This document shows positions 51,874 to 61,660 of a stretch of DNA of 64,000 nt, one piece after another. Both the position numbers and the translations under genes were made by a program. The notes below the pieces were generated by a model, which saw only the letters and a list, made by a program, of their open reading frames with translations, ran no database searches and had not been told where the DNA came from. The DNA comes from Cyanidioschyzon merolae (taxonomy: Eukaryota): assembly GCA_000091205.1 (NCBI GenBank), contig AP006501.2, one strand, 5' to 3'. Numbering within the stretch: position 1 is the stretch's first letter; each line of letters begins with the position of its first letter.

Positions 51874-53778
51874 GTGGGCAACACTGCCTCGAACGCCTGC
51901 ATGACTGCAAGCTTACTCTCTCCGGGTATACGCAGGCTTGCGTACTTCGTTTCCGTCGGAGCGCCCTTGATTACTGGTTACTTGTGGGCAGACTCTCGGA
52001 AAAAGGCCTACGGCGAGGCGAGCGTGACAAGTCATCGGTTGGAACCGTCGTACGATACCTCTGTGTTCGGAGCGTATCGCAGGTTCGCGCGCTCTGCGAT
52101 AACGGCGGCAGCGATCGTTGCCGACTATAAGCTCACGCTGGCGCGACTGCCCCCGGAAAATGAACATGACGAATTTGCTGTAACGTTGCGCGGGGAGAAA
52201 CTGGAGGCGACGCATCGGCGTGCCGCTGCAAAGATTCTCGAGCTCTGCGAGCGCAACGGTGGCATCTACATCAAGCTGGGCCAACATCTCGCGCAGATGG
52301 ATTACCTGCTTCCTGACGCTTATTGTGAGGCGCTCAGGCCACTGCTGAACGCCTGTCCGATACAGGAGTTTGCCGTGGTTGAACGGACACTATGCGAGGA
52401 CCTGCAGGTGGAGCGCCTGTCGGAGGTGTTCTCGTTCATTGAACCTACACCCGTTGCTTCAGCGAGTCTTGCGCAGGTGCATCGCGCTCGCTTGCGCACC
52501 GATTACAGGGAGCAGACGCAGCGGATGCTCTCTCCAAGAGAGCGAGCCTGGCTCGAGGAGCAGGAGCGCCTCGCACCCGAGGGGCCACTCGTCGCCGTCA
52601 AGGTGCAACATCGCGGTCTAGCGGAAGCGCTCCAGGGCGATATCGCTACGGTGCAGTTTCTCGTAAGCGCAGCCGAGCGCCTTTTCCCGGGCAACTTTGA
52701 CATGCAGTGGCTGGTAAATGAGATTCGAGAGAATCTTCCAAAGGAGCTAGACTTTGAACACGAGCTTCAAAATGGGGAGCGCTGCCGCACATATCTCGCG
52801 AGCGGCTGTGGAGCCAAGGGCCAGCGTTGCGCTCGACCACGCCTGAACGTCCTTGTGCCAACGTTTTTGACGAGTTTGTCGACGCATCGAGTACTGACCA
52901 TGTCGTACGAGACGGGAGTCGTAGCCAACGATGTTGCGGGGATTCGGCATCTCGGCCTGCGACCGCGCGACGTCGCATCCATAATCGATGACGTGTTCAC
53001 AGACCAGATTTTTTGCTTCGGTTTCGTTCATAGCGATCCGCACCCGGGAAACATTCTAGTGCGACCGAGCCAGGAAGACGCTTCAAAACCGCTGGTGGTT
53101 CTGCTGGATCACGGCTTGTATCGCGAGCTGGACGATGCTTTCCGCTTAGCATACGCTGCGCTGTGGCAAGGCATCGTTGAGGGCGATGGCGCCAGCATTC
53201 GTCGGGAAGCCCTAAGGATGGGGGTGCCCCCAGAGGACGTCGAGCTGTTTACAGCCATGTTAACTATGCGTTCATGGCAAGATGTGGTGGACCAGACCGA
53301 ACAACGAGGCGATCGCGGGCTACGTCTCTCCAATGAGCGGACGTCTGCGAACAAGCGGCGCGTGCAGGACTATGTGCGAGCCCATATCATGGCGATGAAT
53401 CGTCTGCTTGGTCGCATTCCAAGGCCCTTGCTGCTGTTACTAAAAACGAATGACTGTTTACGAGCGCTCGATCGTCGCCTCGGTGCGACGTCCCTCATGG
53501 TGGAGATGATTGCGCGAAAGACGACCGCAATACTCGCGGAGCACCAGCACACACAGTGGATGGAGCCGTTGCACGCGCAGCGGCACCAAGGGCTTGTCCG
53601 CGGCCCCATGTATTCGTTCTGGGAGCGAATACGACTATCGTGGCGCAGGGTACGTCTGGAGCTGCGTCTACTCATGTTTCGCTTGCTGGTGTGGTGGCAC
53701 CAATTGCGCAGGTCAGGAGATGCGCTTCTGCAGCGCTTCCAGGCCACGTTCCGCTCAAAAAGCCCGGATATACGCTGA
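51874..53778 (+). CDS. ABC1/ADCK (aarF-domain-containing) atypical protein kinase, 634 aa, complete
   Basis: ADCK-family motifs ASASLAQVHRARL (ATP-binding Lys region), VAVKVQHRGL, HSDPHPGNILVR (catalytic loop) and DHGLYREL (DFG equivalent). Confidence 0.9.
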   Translation: MGNTASNACMTASLLSPGIRRLAYFVSVGAPLITGYLWADSRKKAYGEASVTSHRLEPSYDTSVFGAYRRFARSAITAAAIVADYKLTLARLPPENEHDEFAVTLRGEKLEATHRRAAAKILELCERNGGIYIKLGQHLAQMDYLLPDAYCEALRPLLNACPIQEFAVVERTLCEDLQVERLSEVFSFIEPTPVASASLAQVHRARLRTDYREQTQRMLSPRERAWLEEQERLAPEGPLVAVKVQHRGLAEALQGDIATVQFLVSAAERLFPGNFDMQWLVNEIRENLPKELDFEHELQNGERCRTYLASGCGAKGQRCARPRLNVLVPTFLTSLSTHRVLTMSYETGVVANDVAGIRHLGLRPRDVASIIDDVFTDQIFCFGFVHSDPHPGNILVRPSQEDASKPLVVLLDHGLYRELDDAFRLAYAALWQGIVEGDGASIRREALRMGVPPEDVELFTAMLTMRSWQDVVDQTEQRGDRGLRLSNERTSANKRRVQDYVRAHIMAMNRLLGRIPRPLLLLLKTNDCLRALDRRLGATSLMVEMIARKTTAILAEHQHTQWMEPLHAQRHQGLVRGPMYSFWERIRLSWRRVRLELRLLMFRLLVWWHQLRRSGDALLQRFQATFRSKSPDIR

Positions 53779-53859
53779 GATGCGACATCGCCGATGCAAT
53801 TCACTCCAGTTCGAGCTGAGCTTCCATGTAGGTGCTCTGTTCTCGGGTATGCGTCTAGT

Positions 53860-55281
53860 TCAAGGTGTCATCGTACGCTCAATGGTTACGGGTGATCGTA
53901 TCAATCGAACACCGAGCGTTGCGAACACAATTGCGAAACCGAAACGGAGCACCGACTCATCGACGAGCATGGCAGCTCGACTGCCGATTGCCGCACCGGT
54001 CAGCGTGCCGAGGATGACACCCGGCAGGTGGAGGAAACTCACCTGACCTCGTCGGGCGTAACCAATCCCAGCAGCAGCAGCCGGGAACACCATCGCAAAC
54101 ATGGACGTTCCGATGATCGTGCGCACGCCGTGCTTCTCTGGGTGCGCAGCTGCAGGAGCGGAGGGTACGGCGGCATCGTTACGGTCGCTTCTAGCAACCC
54201 GTTCTCTGTCCCTGTCTCGTGATGCGTACAAAAGCGCTAGTGACGGGGTGTATAGCGTGCCACCGGACACTCCGAGAAGGCCAGAGAGAAACCCGACACA
54301 GGTTCCAGTCCAGAGCAGCGCCTGGTCAACGTTTGTCGTGATAATTGCCAGCAGGCTCTGTGTCTCTTGATCAGCACGCGACCACGCACGCTGACTCGCG
54401 GGCGATCGAGAGCCTGACACTGCTGTGTGCCCTGCAGGGGCCGCATCAGACGCAGCGCAGTTCGTGGATGTATTCGAGGTACCAGTGAAGTTCGCGCCAG
54501 CAATGGGGTCTGTGGGTGCCACTGCGGAAAGCAGACGATCTCGCAACGGCACCAACGGTGCAAGCAGGATCAGTAAAATACCGAGTCCTCGCCGCAAAAG
54601 ACTCGCGTTTACTCGCTGACCAACGGCGACACCGATCGGCGCCATGATTATACTGCACACCATGAGCTGCAGCGCAGCAGGCAGGTCGACACAGCCCGCT
54701 GCCGCATAGTTGTACGCACTAGACGTTGCTGTTCCGCAGGATGCAAGCAGTGCCGTGCCCTGTGCAACTCGCTGTGGAAGATTGACGTACCGCACCAAAG
54801 CCGGAATCATGAAGATCGCGCCACCGGCACCGGCACAGGCGCCCCCGAAGCCTGCAGCGAAACCGATGGGAAACGCCGGCACCAGGTTGCGCCACCACTG
54901 CGGACGTCGCGGTGGCACTGCAGTGGTGCCAACAGCCGATGGACTCTTCGTTGCACGTGGACTGCTACCACTACTGCTGCTGATACTGCTATTAGGGCGC
55001 TTCAAACACGAACCAGAAGCCCTTGCACGGTACTCACAAAGCGTGCCTGCACCGAGTCTGGCAGCTAGAGCGTTCGACGCCGTAGCCGCGCTTCCGGAAC
55101 CTCGAAACAAACTGTGGAGAAAGCACTGCCCTGTGCGGACAGCGCAATTCCCAAGAGGATGCCTTATTACGTGCGCAAGGCAACCCGACGGCATCGAGGA
55201 ACCTAGGAACGTGGCGAGTATGCAGAGGATGCCTTCCCAGAGGCCGTGCGCATCCAGAATTTGCGGCTGCGCAATGCGCAT
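53860..55281 (-). CDS. TauE/SafE (DUF81) family membrane permease, 473 aa. A ~140-aa low-complexity N-terminal region may lie upstream of the real start
   Basis: Two DUF81-type half-repeats with Gly-rich TM helices: GFAAGFGGACAGAGGAIFMIPALV and TSMFAMVFPAAAAGIGYARRGQVSFLHLPGVILGTLTGAAIGS. Its 3' end is 81 bp from the ADCK stop (convergent). Confidence 0.8.
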   Translation of the reverse strand: MRIAQPQILDAHGLWEGILCILATFLGSSMPSGCLAHVIRHPLGNCAVRTGQCFLHSLFRGSGSAATASNALAARLGAGTLCEYRARASGSCLKRPNSSISSSSGSSPRATKSPSAVGTTAVPPRRPQWWRNLVPAFPIGFAAGFGGACAGAGGAIFMIPALVRYVNLPQRVAQGTALLASCGTATSSAYNYAAAGCVDLPAALQLMVCSIIMAPIGVAVGQRVNASLLRRGLGILLILLAPLVPLRDRLLSAVAPTDPIAGANFTGTSNTSTNCAASDAAPAGHTAVSGSRSPASQRAWSRADQETQSLLAIITTNVDQALLWTGTCVGFLSGLLGVSGGTLYTPSLALLYASRDRDRERVARSDRNDAAVPSAPAAAHPEKHGVRTIIGTSMFAMVFPAAAAGIGYARRGQVSFLHLPGVILGTLTGAAIGSRAAMLVDESVLRFGFAIVFATLGVRLIRSPVTIERTMTP

Positions 55282-55304
55282 TGCGGCATCGCGATACGCG
55301 CATG

Positions 55305-56285
55305 CGGATCGACTGATCTGGAATGCTAGTGACCTGGTATTTTATCGATTAATTGATTGATTGATCAGGTACTAGATAAACTGATGAATGGATACATGGA
55401 TCAGGTATTCGATCGATTGCTAATGTATTCGATGATTCGATTGATTGATCATGTACTAGATAAACTGATGAGTGGATACATGGATCAGGGATTCGATCGA
55501 TTGATCCAGAATGCTAGTGACCTGGTATTTTATCGATTGATTGATTGATTGATCAGGTACTAGATAAACTGATGAATGGATACATGGATCAGGTATTCGA
55601 TCGATTGCTAATGTATTCGATGATTCGATTGATTGATCATGTACTAGATAAACTGATGAGTGGATACATGGATCAGGGATTCGATCGATTGATCCAGAAT
55701 GCTAGTGACCTGGTATTTTATCGATTGATTGATTGATTGATCATGTACTAGATAAACTGATGAATGGATACATGGATCAGGAATTCGATCGATTGCTAAT
55801 GTATTCGATGATTCGATTGATTGATCATGCACTAGATAAACTGATGAATGGATACATGGATCAGGGATTCGATCGACTGATCCAGAATGCTAGTGACCTG
55901 GTATTTTATCGATTGATTGATTGATTGATCATGTACTAGATAAACTGATGAATGGATACATGGATCGGGGATTCGATCGACTGATCCAGAATGCTAGTGA
56001 CCTGGTATTTTATCGATTGATTGATTGATTCATCATGTACTAGATAAACTGATGAATGGATACATGGATCGGGGATTCGATCGGTTGATCTGGAATGCTA
56101 GTGACCTGGTATTTTATCGATTGATTGATTGATTCATCATGTACTAGATAAACTGATGAATGGATACATGGATCGGGGATTCGATCGGTTGCTAATGTAT
56201 TCGATGATTCGATTGATTGATCATGTACTAGATAAACTGATGAATGGATACATGGATCGGGGATTCGATCGACTGATAAACGATT
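55305..56285. repeat. Satellite-like tandem array, ~189-bp unit made of two ~95-bp half-units, about 5 copies. Rich in GATT and GATC. Fills the divergent intergenic region between TauE/SafE (-) and MFS (+)
   Basis: Track ORFs 55357..55548, 55545..55736 and 55733..55924 encode the same 63-aa peptide at a 189-bp period. The half-unit tactagataaactgatgaatggatacatggatcagg recurs throughout. The array starts ~25 bp from the TauE ATG and ends ~420 bp before the MFS ATG. Confidence 0.9.
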
Positions 56286-56703
56286 CGGCTGATCGATTCT
56301 AGGATCGCTATACGCGAATGCCGGGTACCGGTGACCCGGAAAAGTGTTACAGTTCCTCTTCGGGTGCTTCTGCTTTCCAATAACCCCGCAGCAGCATGTC
56401 CTTCATGAAAACGTACTTGAGCGCTCTGGAAAGTCTTCGGCCGCTGTACAGAGCTGACACGGTTCAGTGGTGTCTTTGTAAGCGTCGACACGACCACAAT
56501 AGCAGTGGACAGACTCGCGTCTCGCGGACGGGCTCCAGGGCGCACACGCCAACATCCGAGACAACCCTTGAGCGGATGCGGTGCATCCACATGTCGATGC
56601 TATACAGGCGTCACCATAGGCACACGAGTTCGCGAACCACAGCGCTGCGACAGCGCTGCGGTGCACAGGGTGTCGCATCAGCGAGTGCCCTGAACAAGGA
56701 CAA

Positions 56704-58782
56704 GTGCTCAATCTGCCTTCTATGTCTCAGAGAAAGACGACGCTGTGGACTAACCTTTTTGTAACATCGCCTTTCCCGAGGACGATAGAGGTCGTTTCCA
56801 CAGTTTCCCCTAATATAGGCGCATCGCGGGTGAATCTTGCTCGATTCGTCGTTCTCCGTAGCACCACCACCACCACCACCACCACCACCACCACCACTGA
56901 GCTATCCTGCGCATCGCTGCCACAGAATCGGGCGCATCGCGACGGACGCGACGCCACGAATGCGTTGCTAGAGTTATTCTTCTTGCACTGGATGACTGTG
57001 TTGGACCTGCGGAGCCATACTGGCGAAAGTGCTGAGCGAACTGGAACCAATGAAGCTGTTGCATACTCTAGGTTGAGTGCAGAGGAAGATAAGTACGGGG
57101 TATTTGTGGATGTATCTAAGCGCGTTTCGGAGGCAAACGGGGTTCACGCGCTGAGCGCACCGCGACTGGACGAGCCGCTGAGCGCTGCTGCCGCTGCACC
57201 CGCCCCGTCCAGCAACCGTGAAGAAACGCTTCCATGCGGCGAGCCGCAGGAGAGCCACTGGCACCAGTACGTTCCGCGACGCACCGTACTCTTGTTGTAC
57301 GCACTGGTGGCCTCAGATGCATGCACGCTCATGGTAATTGGGCCCTTCTTACCTGCTTTCGTGGAGCAACGACTTGGTGTGCCGCTGCGGAACGGTGCTT
57401 CCACGGTGGGTATCATCAGTGGTGCGTACAACTTTGGGAATAGTTTGCTGGCACCACAGCTGGGAAATCTGAGCGATCACCACGGACGCAGGCCCTATTT
57501 ATTGTTCAGCGTGGTCGTTTCGGCGACGCTGACTTGTTGTTTTCCGTTCACACGGCGAGCCTGGGCAGCAGCGGCGCTGCGCTTTACCACCGGCGTGCTC
57601 AATGCGTCGAGCACTGTGAGCAAGGCCTATCTCGCGGACCTAACGAATGCTGAGCGCGGTGTGCCAGCCAGCGAGCGAGCGTTACTCTTCGGCTACTTCG
57701 GTGCGGTGTGGGCGATTGCACGAAGCACCGGCTCAGCGGTAAGTGGCGCGCTCACTGGAGTCTCACTACCTCTCCTCGGGATCGATGCGAGCGCGAATCC
57801 TTTCATTACTCCGTGCCTGGTGATGTCCACCTTCCTGGGAATGGTCTTCCTGGTGGCAGTGGTTGCCCTGCCAGAGTCACGGACGCCGACTGAGCGCCGT
57901 CCTCGACGAGCGACGGACGTTGTCGGTCTCCTACCGCGGGCTCGTGTGATTTTCGAGGTCGGCGGCCCGTCCTTGCGAAGACTGCTCCTATGTAATGCTA
58001 TTCATCAATTCTGCAACGGCGGGCTGCTCATTATCCTGGTGTTGTTTGGTTCCGAGAGCCGCCTGCGAGGCGGTATGGGGTTTGGCCCCAATGCCGTCGG
58101 CATAAGCTTCTCTTACTTTGGGCTCACTGGTGTTCTATTCCAGCTAACGTTCTTCCGTCGCGTGTTGCGACGCCTTGGTTCGCGCCGCATGTACCTGCTC
58201 GGTACAAGCCTTCTTGCGATAGGTACCTCTCTGGTGCCAGCTGCGCTGCCTCTGAGCGAAGGCGTTCGGCACCTGTTGGGCGCAGCGGCCGTTGCAGACA
58301 CGCGAGCGTCCTCCATTGGTACCCAAATGAGTGACTGGCTCCCTCTGCTGGTATTGCTAACGCCTATAGGAGGCGGTTTCATGGCCGGCTTGCCGATTCT
58401 GAATACACTGGTTGCGAACGCTGCCCCGCTCGAAGTGCAAGGGCTTGCCCAAGGGCTATCGCAGTTCTCGGGTGGTATCCTGCGGACGCTGGGCCCCGTG
58501 CTCACGGGCACTGCGTTCGGTTACCTGGCCGCACGCGCACACCTCTGGTTCAGTTTCTTTGGCCTGTCGCTTCTCTATGTGCTTTGTGGGACAATTGTTG
58601 CATCACTGCCGCCAACCATTGAGCGCAGCTACGAGGAAGCTGCTCAGATACATGCCGAAGAACAAGCACTGCGCCTAGCTGTTCGTGAGCACGACGCCGC
58701 TCCGAACGCAGCTGCGGGTGACTCGGTGCAAAAAGGCACTGTGGTTGAGGCATCTGCGACGTCAGTGCGAGTTGCCATGTAA
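56704..58782 (+). CDS. Major facilitator superfamily transporter, 692 aa, with a ~200-aa low-complexity N-terminal extension containing a (Thr)12 run
   Basis: 12 predicted TM helices. MFS motif A GRRPYLLFS between TM2 and TM3. Internal two-fold repeat with a second Gly-rich loop. (ACC)12 at 56862..56897. Confidence 0.85.
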   Translation: MLNLPSMSQRKTTLWTNLFVTSPFPRTIEVVSTVSPNIGASRVNLARFVVLRSTTTTTTTTTTTTELSCASLPQNRAHRDGRDATNALLELFFLHWMTVLDLRSHTGESAERTGTNEAVAYSRLSAEEDKYGVFVDVSKRVSEANGVHALSAPRLDEPLSAAAAAPAPSSNREETLPCGEPQESHWHQYVPRRTVLLLYALVASDACTLMVIGPFLPAFVEQRLGVPLRNGASTVGIISGAYNFGNSLLAPQLGNLSDHHGRRPYLLFSVVVSATLTCCFPFTRRAWAAAALRFTTGVLNASSTVSKAYLADLTNAERGVPASERALLFGYFGAVWAIARSTGSAVSGALTGVSLPLLGIDASANPFITPCLVMSTFLGMVFLVAVVALPESRTPTERRPRRATDVVGLLPRARVIFEVGGPSLRRLLLCNAIHQFCNGGLLIILVLFGSESRLRGGMGFGPNAVGISFSYFGLTGVLFQLTFFRRVLRRLGSRRMYLLGTSLLAIGTSLVPAALPLSEGVRHLLGAAAVADTRASSIGTQMSDWLPLLVLLTPIGGGFMAGLPILNTLVANAAPLEVQGLAQGLSQFSGGILRTLGPVLTGTAFGYLAARAHLWFSFFGLSLLYVLCGTIVASLPPTIERSYEEAAQIHAEEQALRLAVREHDAAPNAAAGDSVQKGTVVEASATSVRVAM
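56862..56897 (+). repeat. (ACC)12 coding microsatellite (poly-Thr) in the MFS N-terminal extension
   Basis: caccaccaccaccaccaccaccaccaccaccaccac. Confidence 0.9.
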
Positions 58783-59040
58783 AGCTCTGTGTGTATCCAG
58801 ATAGATGCAATGATCCAACGTCAATACTGATGCTTCCGTGACCCTATATTCATATAATTCTATAAACTAGGCGTACAACTTGCCAACAAACAAAGACAAT
58901 GATCCAGCGTCTTGTGCAAAAGCACGGCCTGTGCAGGCCTCCGCGCGACTAGCCATTTGGTGCACATCCAGGGATTGACGTTCTTTTGAGGTGACGCACG
59001 GTTGTGCGGATCCTCTCTCGAAAGCGAATACTTCTAGCTC

Positions 59041-60504
59041 GTGTACAAACTGGTAACTGGTATGTTTGTAGGGCCTAGCGGTGCGTTCGCTCCAGGAGTT
59101 CCCGGAGAGCGCTTGAGGCGGCAACGCCTGCGACCTGAAAAGCTACTTGGCTGTGAGCGACGGTATCGAGAGGGCTTTGCCACGTTCGAGCTTCCAACAG
59201 CAAATGCGTTCTACAGAGCCGCGTCGAAGCCAGTTCGCGACCTTGGCGTACTTGCCGCACTGGTCTGGAGCGAGGCAATAGGTGAACGTCTTCGAATAGC
59301 CGACCTCCTCGCTGGACCAAGTGCGGTGCGCGCCCTGCGCTATGCCACAGAGACTAACGCGAGAGCGGTGCTGGTGAACGATGCAATATCGGGGCCCGGT
59401 CGAACAGTGCTTGAGAGGAACACCACGGGAGTCAGCGAAGATACGGTGTGGATTCGTCGTCACGATAACCTTTTCGAACTCGCGCAAAGCGAGGAATGGA
59501 TTCACTCCTTCGACCTCATTGATCTTGATGCTTTCGGCACCGGTGCTGATGAAGTCGCCAGTGGTGTCCTGAATATGCTTCGCTGTCGGCGAATGAAGAC
59601 CGCATGGAGCGGAAACGACGACTCCGCGGCTGAGAAGGATGCAACTGCTGGAGCGCTCTTATACTGCTGCTCGACTGCATCGGTGACTGCAGCGGGTCTG
59701 AACCCCGGTAAGGCACAAAAGACGTATGGAGCGGCACTGGTGCGTCATGCGGCAGTCCATGAACAGGGTTTACGACTCCTGATCACTGTCGTTCGGAAAC
59801 ACGCCCAACAAAGCGGATTCATAGCGCAACCGTTGTTCTCATACTTCCATCGTGCTGGTGGGACGTTTCGCGTCATGTTCCGCATCCTGCAACCAAGGCA
59901 CGATGAGCTGGCGTTAGCGTCGACCGCAGCTGCGGATACAGGGCTCCTGCATCTTTGTCAGCAATGTGGGCAGCTCTGGTGTGTAACATCAACGATCAAG
60001 GATGCAGTAGCGAGCTCCGTCTGCCCGGGCTGTGGCAACGACGCCGCTGCACCACAGGTACGCACGAGTGGACCCTTCTACATGGGACCTCTTCACGACG
60101 GTGATTTCGTGGAGCGTATGCTTACCGTCAGTCGTGAAGCACCGGCCGGTCACTTCGATCGGGCAGCGATTGCAGCTCTCAAGCTCATGATTCATGAGAC
60201 GAGACTCAATGCGCATCCGTTTTATTACCGCGTGGGTGATCTAGCTCGACGAGCTCGCCGTTCTCCGCCGCCGATTTCGAAACTCATAGAGCGTCTTCAA
60301 TGGTACGAGCGTACCTATCGTGAAACCAGGCGCATGCCCGAAGCAGTTGTTCGGGCCCAGTGGCAGGCTGCTCGCGCCTCCGTGGACCCCCAAGGCGTTC
60401 GTACCGGTTTGCCGATACCGGCGATTCTCTCGGCCGTAGCGGAGGCGAGTGCCTTCCGACAGCAGCAGCAGCAGCAGCAGCAGCGTTCTCGGGCTTTGCT
60501 TTGA
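59041..60504 (+). CDS. TRM1: tRNA (guanine26-N2)-dimethyltransferase TRM1, 487 aa, ending in a poly-Gln run
   Basis: FYRAASKPVRDLGV (N-terminal TRM1 motif FYNPVQEFNRDLS), DLIDLDAFGTGA (SAM-binding), C-terminal Cys-rich zinc finger CQQCGQLWC...CPGCG, and the conserved LH(D/E)..F motif. (CAG)8 at 60462..60485. Confidence 0.85.
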   Translation: MYKLVTGMFVGPSGAFAPGVPGERLRRQRLRPEKLLGCERRYREGFATFELPTANAFYRAASKPVRDLGVLAALVWSEAIGERLRIADLLAGPSAVRALRYATETNARAVLVNDAISGPGRTVLERNTTGVSEDTVWIRRHDNLFELAQSEEWIHSFDLIDLDAFGTGADEVASGVLNMLRCRRMKTAWSGNDDSAAEKDATAGALLYCCSTASVTAAGLNPGKAQKTYGAALVRHAAVHEQGLRLLITVVRKHAQQSGFIAQPLFSYFHRAGGTFRVMFRILQPRHDELALASTAAADTGLLHLCQQCGQLWCVTSTIKDAVASSVCPGCGNDAAAPQVRTSGPFYMGPLHDGDFVERMLTVSREAPAGHFDRAAIAALKLMIHETRLNAHPFYYRVGDLARRARRSPPPISKLIERLQWYERTYRETRRMPEAVVRAQWQAARASVDPQGVRTGLPIPAILSAVAEASAFRQQQQQQQQRSRALL

Positions 60505-60956
60505 AACGGACAGCTCAGGCAAAAGTGCTCGCTACCCGCGGCAGCACCCATGCGCCTCTGGCTGCTGGGTGTGCACGGCAGCAGGAAGCTGGGTAAACGG
60601 AGCCGTCGCCAAGAAAACGGCAATGGCTTCACTGACGACTTGGATGGCGGTGGTGACTCCTGGCGTTGGTCACGTCGCAACTGCTGGAGCATGTTCGCCA
60701 CATCGCGCTCGTCGATGCCAAGCATGCTGCGTAGGCTCCAGATGCATGCCCCCCAGCCGTAGAGGAAGAAGCCCCAGCCAAACCCGACCTGAAGCCCACA
60801 ACCAACGCCCACGGAGAGCTGAACCGAGGGCACGTAGAAGGCTCCGAACGTCTTGCCGACGCCGACCCCACAACCCACATAAAACCCAGAACCGACACCC
60901 AGTCCCGAGAACACAGTTGTGGCCGGCTCGTCACGGTACCGTACTTGGCTAGTCAT
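60315..60956 (-). CDS. Candidate small glycine-zipper membrane protein (Mic10-like GxGxGxG motifs). Only the N-terminal ~90 aa (about 60690..60956) look genuine. The remainder overlaps the TRM1 3' end antisense and reads through its CAG repeat as poly-Cys
   Basis: N-terminus TVFSGLGVGSGFYVGCGVGVGKTFGAFYVPSVQLSVGVGCGLQVGFGWGFFLYGWGA forms two Gly-zipper TM helices. The C-terminal half is (CTG)n-derived CCCCCCCC and is low complexity. Confidence 0.3.
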   Translation of the reverse strand: MTSQVRYRDEPATTVFSGLGVGSGFYVGCGVGVGKTFGAFYVPSVQLSVGVGCGLQVGFGWGFFLYGWGACIWSLRSMLGIDERDVANMLQQLRRDQRQESPPPSKSSVKPLPFSWRRLRLPSFLLPCTPSSQRRMGAAAGSEHFCLSCPFQSKARERCCCCCCCCRKALASATAERIAGIGKPVRTPWGSTEARAACHWARTTASGMRLVSR

Positions 60957-60994
60957 GCAACCTGCCGGTATGCAGCCCGCTCAAACACCTGCCC

Positions 60995-61375
60995 GGTACC
61001 CGCCACTACCAGTAGTTTGCGCTGATTCGTCTTGTGGTTCAAAGCCTCGGCCGAGCAGAATTTCCAAGTACCACGTGTATCCTAGGGTACTTTCCGCCAC
61101 TACCGGTAGTTTGCGCTGATTCGTCTTGTGGTTCAAAGCCTCGGCCGAACAGAGTTTCCAAGTACCACGTGTATCCTAGGGTACTTTCCGCCACTACCAG
61201 TAGTTTGCGCTGATGCGTCTTGTGGTCCAAAGCCTCGGCCGAGCAGAGCTCTCACGTACCACGTGTATCCTAGGGTACTTTCCGCCACTACCGGTAGTTT
61301 GCGCTGATTCGTCTTGTGGTTCAAAGCCTCGGCCGAGCAGAGTTTCCAAGTACAACGCTTGTTTCAAAGTACTCT
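60995..61375. repeat. Tandem minisatellite, 94-bp unit, 4 copies, immediately upstream of the minus-strand ORF starting at 60956
   Basis: ccgccactaccggtagtttgcgctgattcgtcttgtggttcaaagcctcggccgagcagagtttccaagtaccacgtgtatcctagggtacttt recurs at 61000, 61094, 61188 and 61282, an exact 94-bp period. Confidence 0.9.
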
Positions 61376-61660
61376 CTGTCGCTCGCTGCGCGTGCTGGCC
61401 AGGTACTAGGACATCTAGTGCATGTTGCGGTACGCGAGTTCCGTTGACAAGTGCAAGATGAATGTATTCGATCAGAGTTCATCAGGAGGTTACGCATGCG
61501 GTTTCAAAGGTGTCGCACTCATGTACTGGACCAGAGTGTACCATGAAATGGAAACCTTGCCCAAAGCAGGGCAGGGACCTCAGTTCATTCAGACGCATGC
61601 AGGATTGATGAAATCCGACAGCGTCTTTCCCTCGGGAACAGGGGCCGGCCGCAGTGTGCA

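Noticed and set aside
55357-55924. Repeated 63-aa ORFs (MIDQVLDKLMNGYMDQVFDRLLMYS...) as a repeat-protein gene
   Set aside because: Each unit ends in a stop (ttgattga), so the ORFs are not contiguous. The peptide merely reflects the satellite periodicity being a multiple of three
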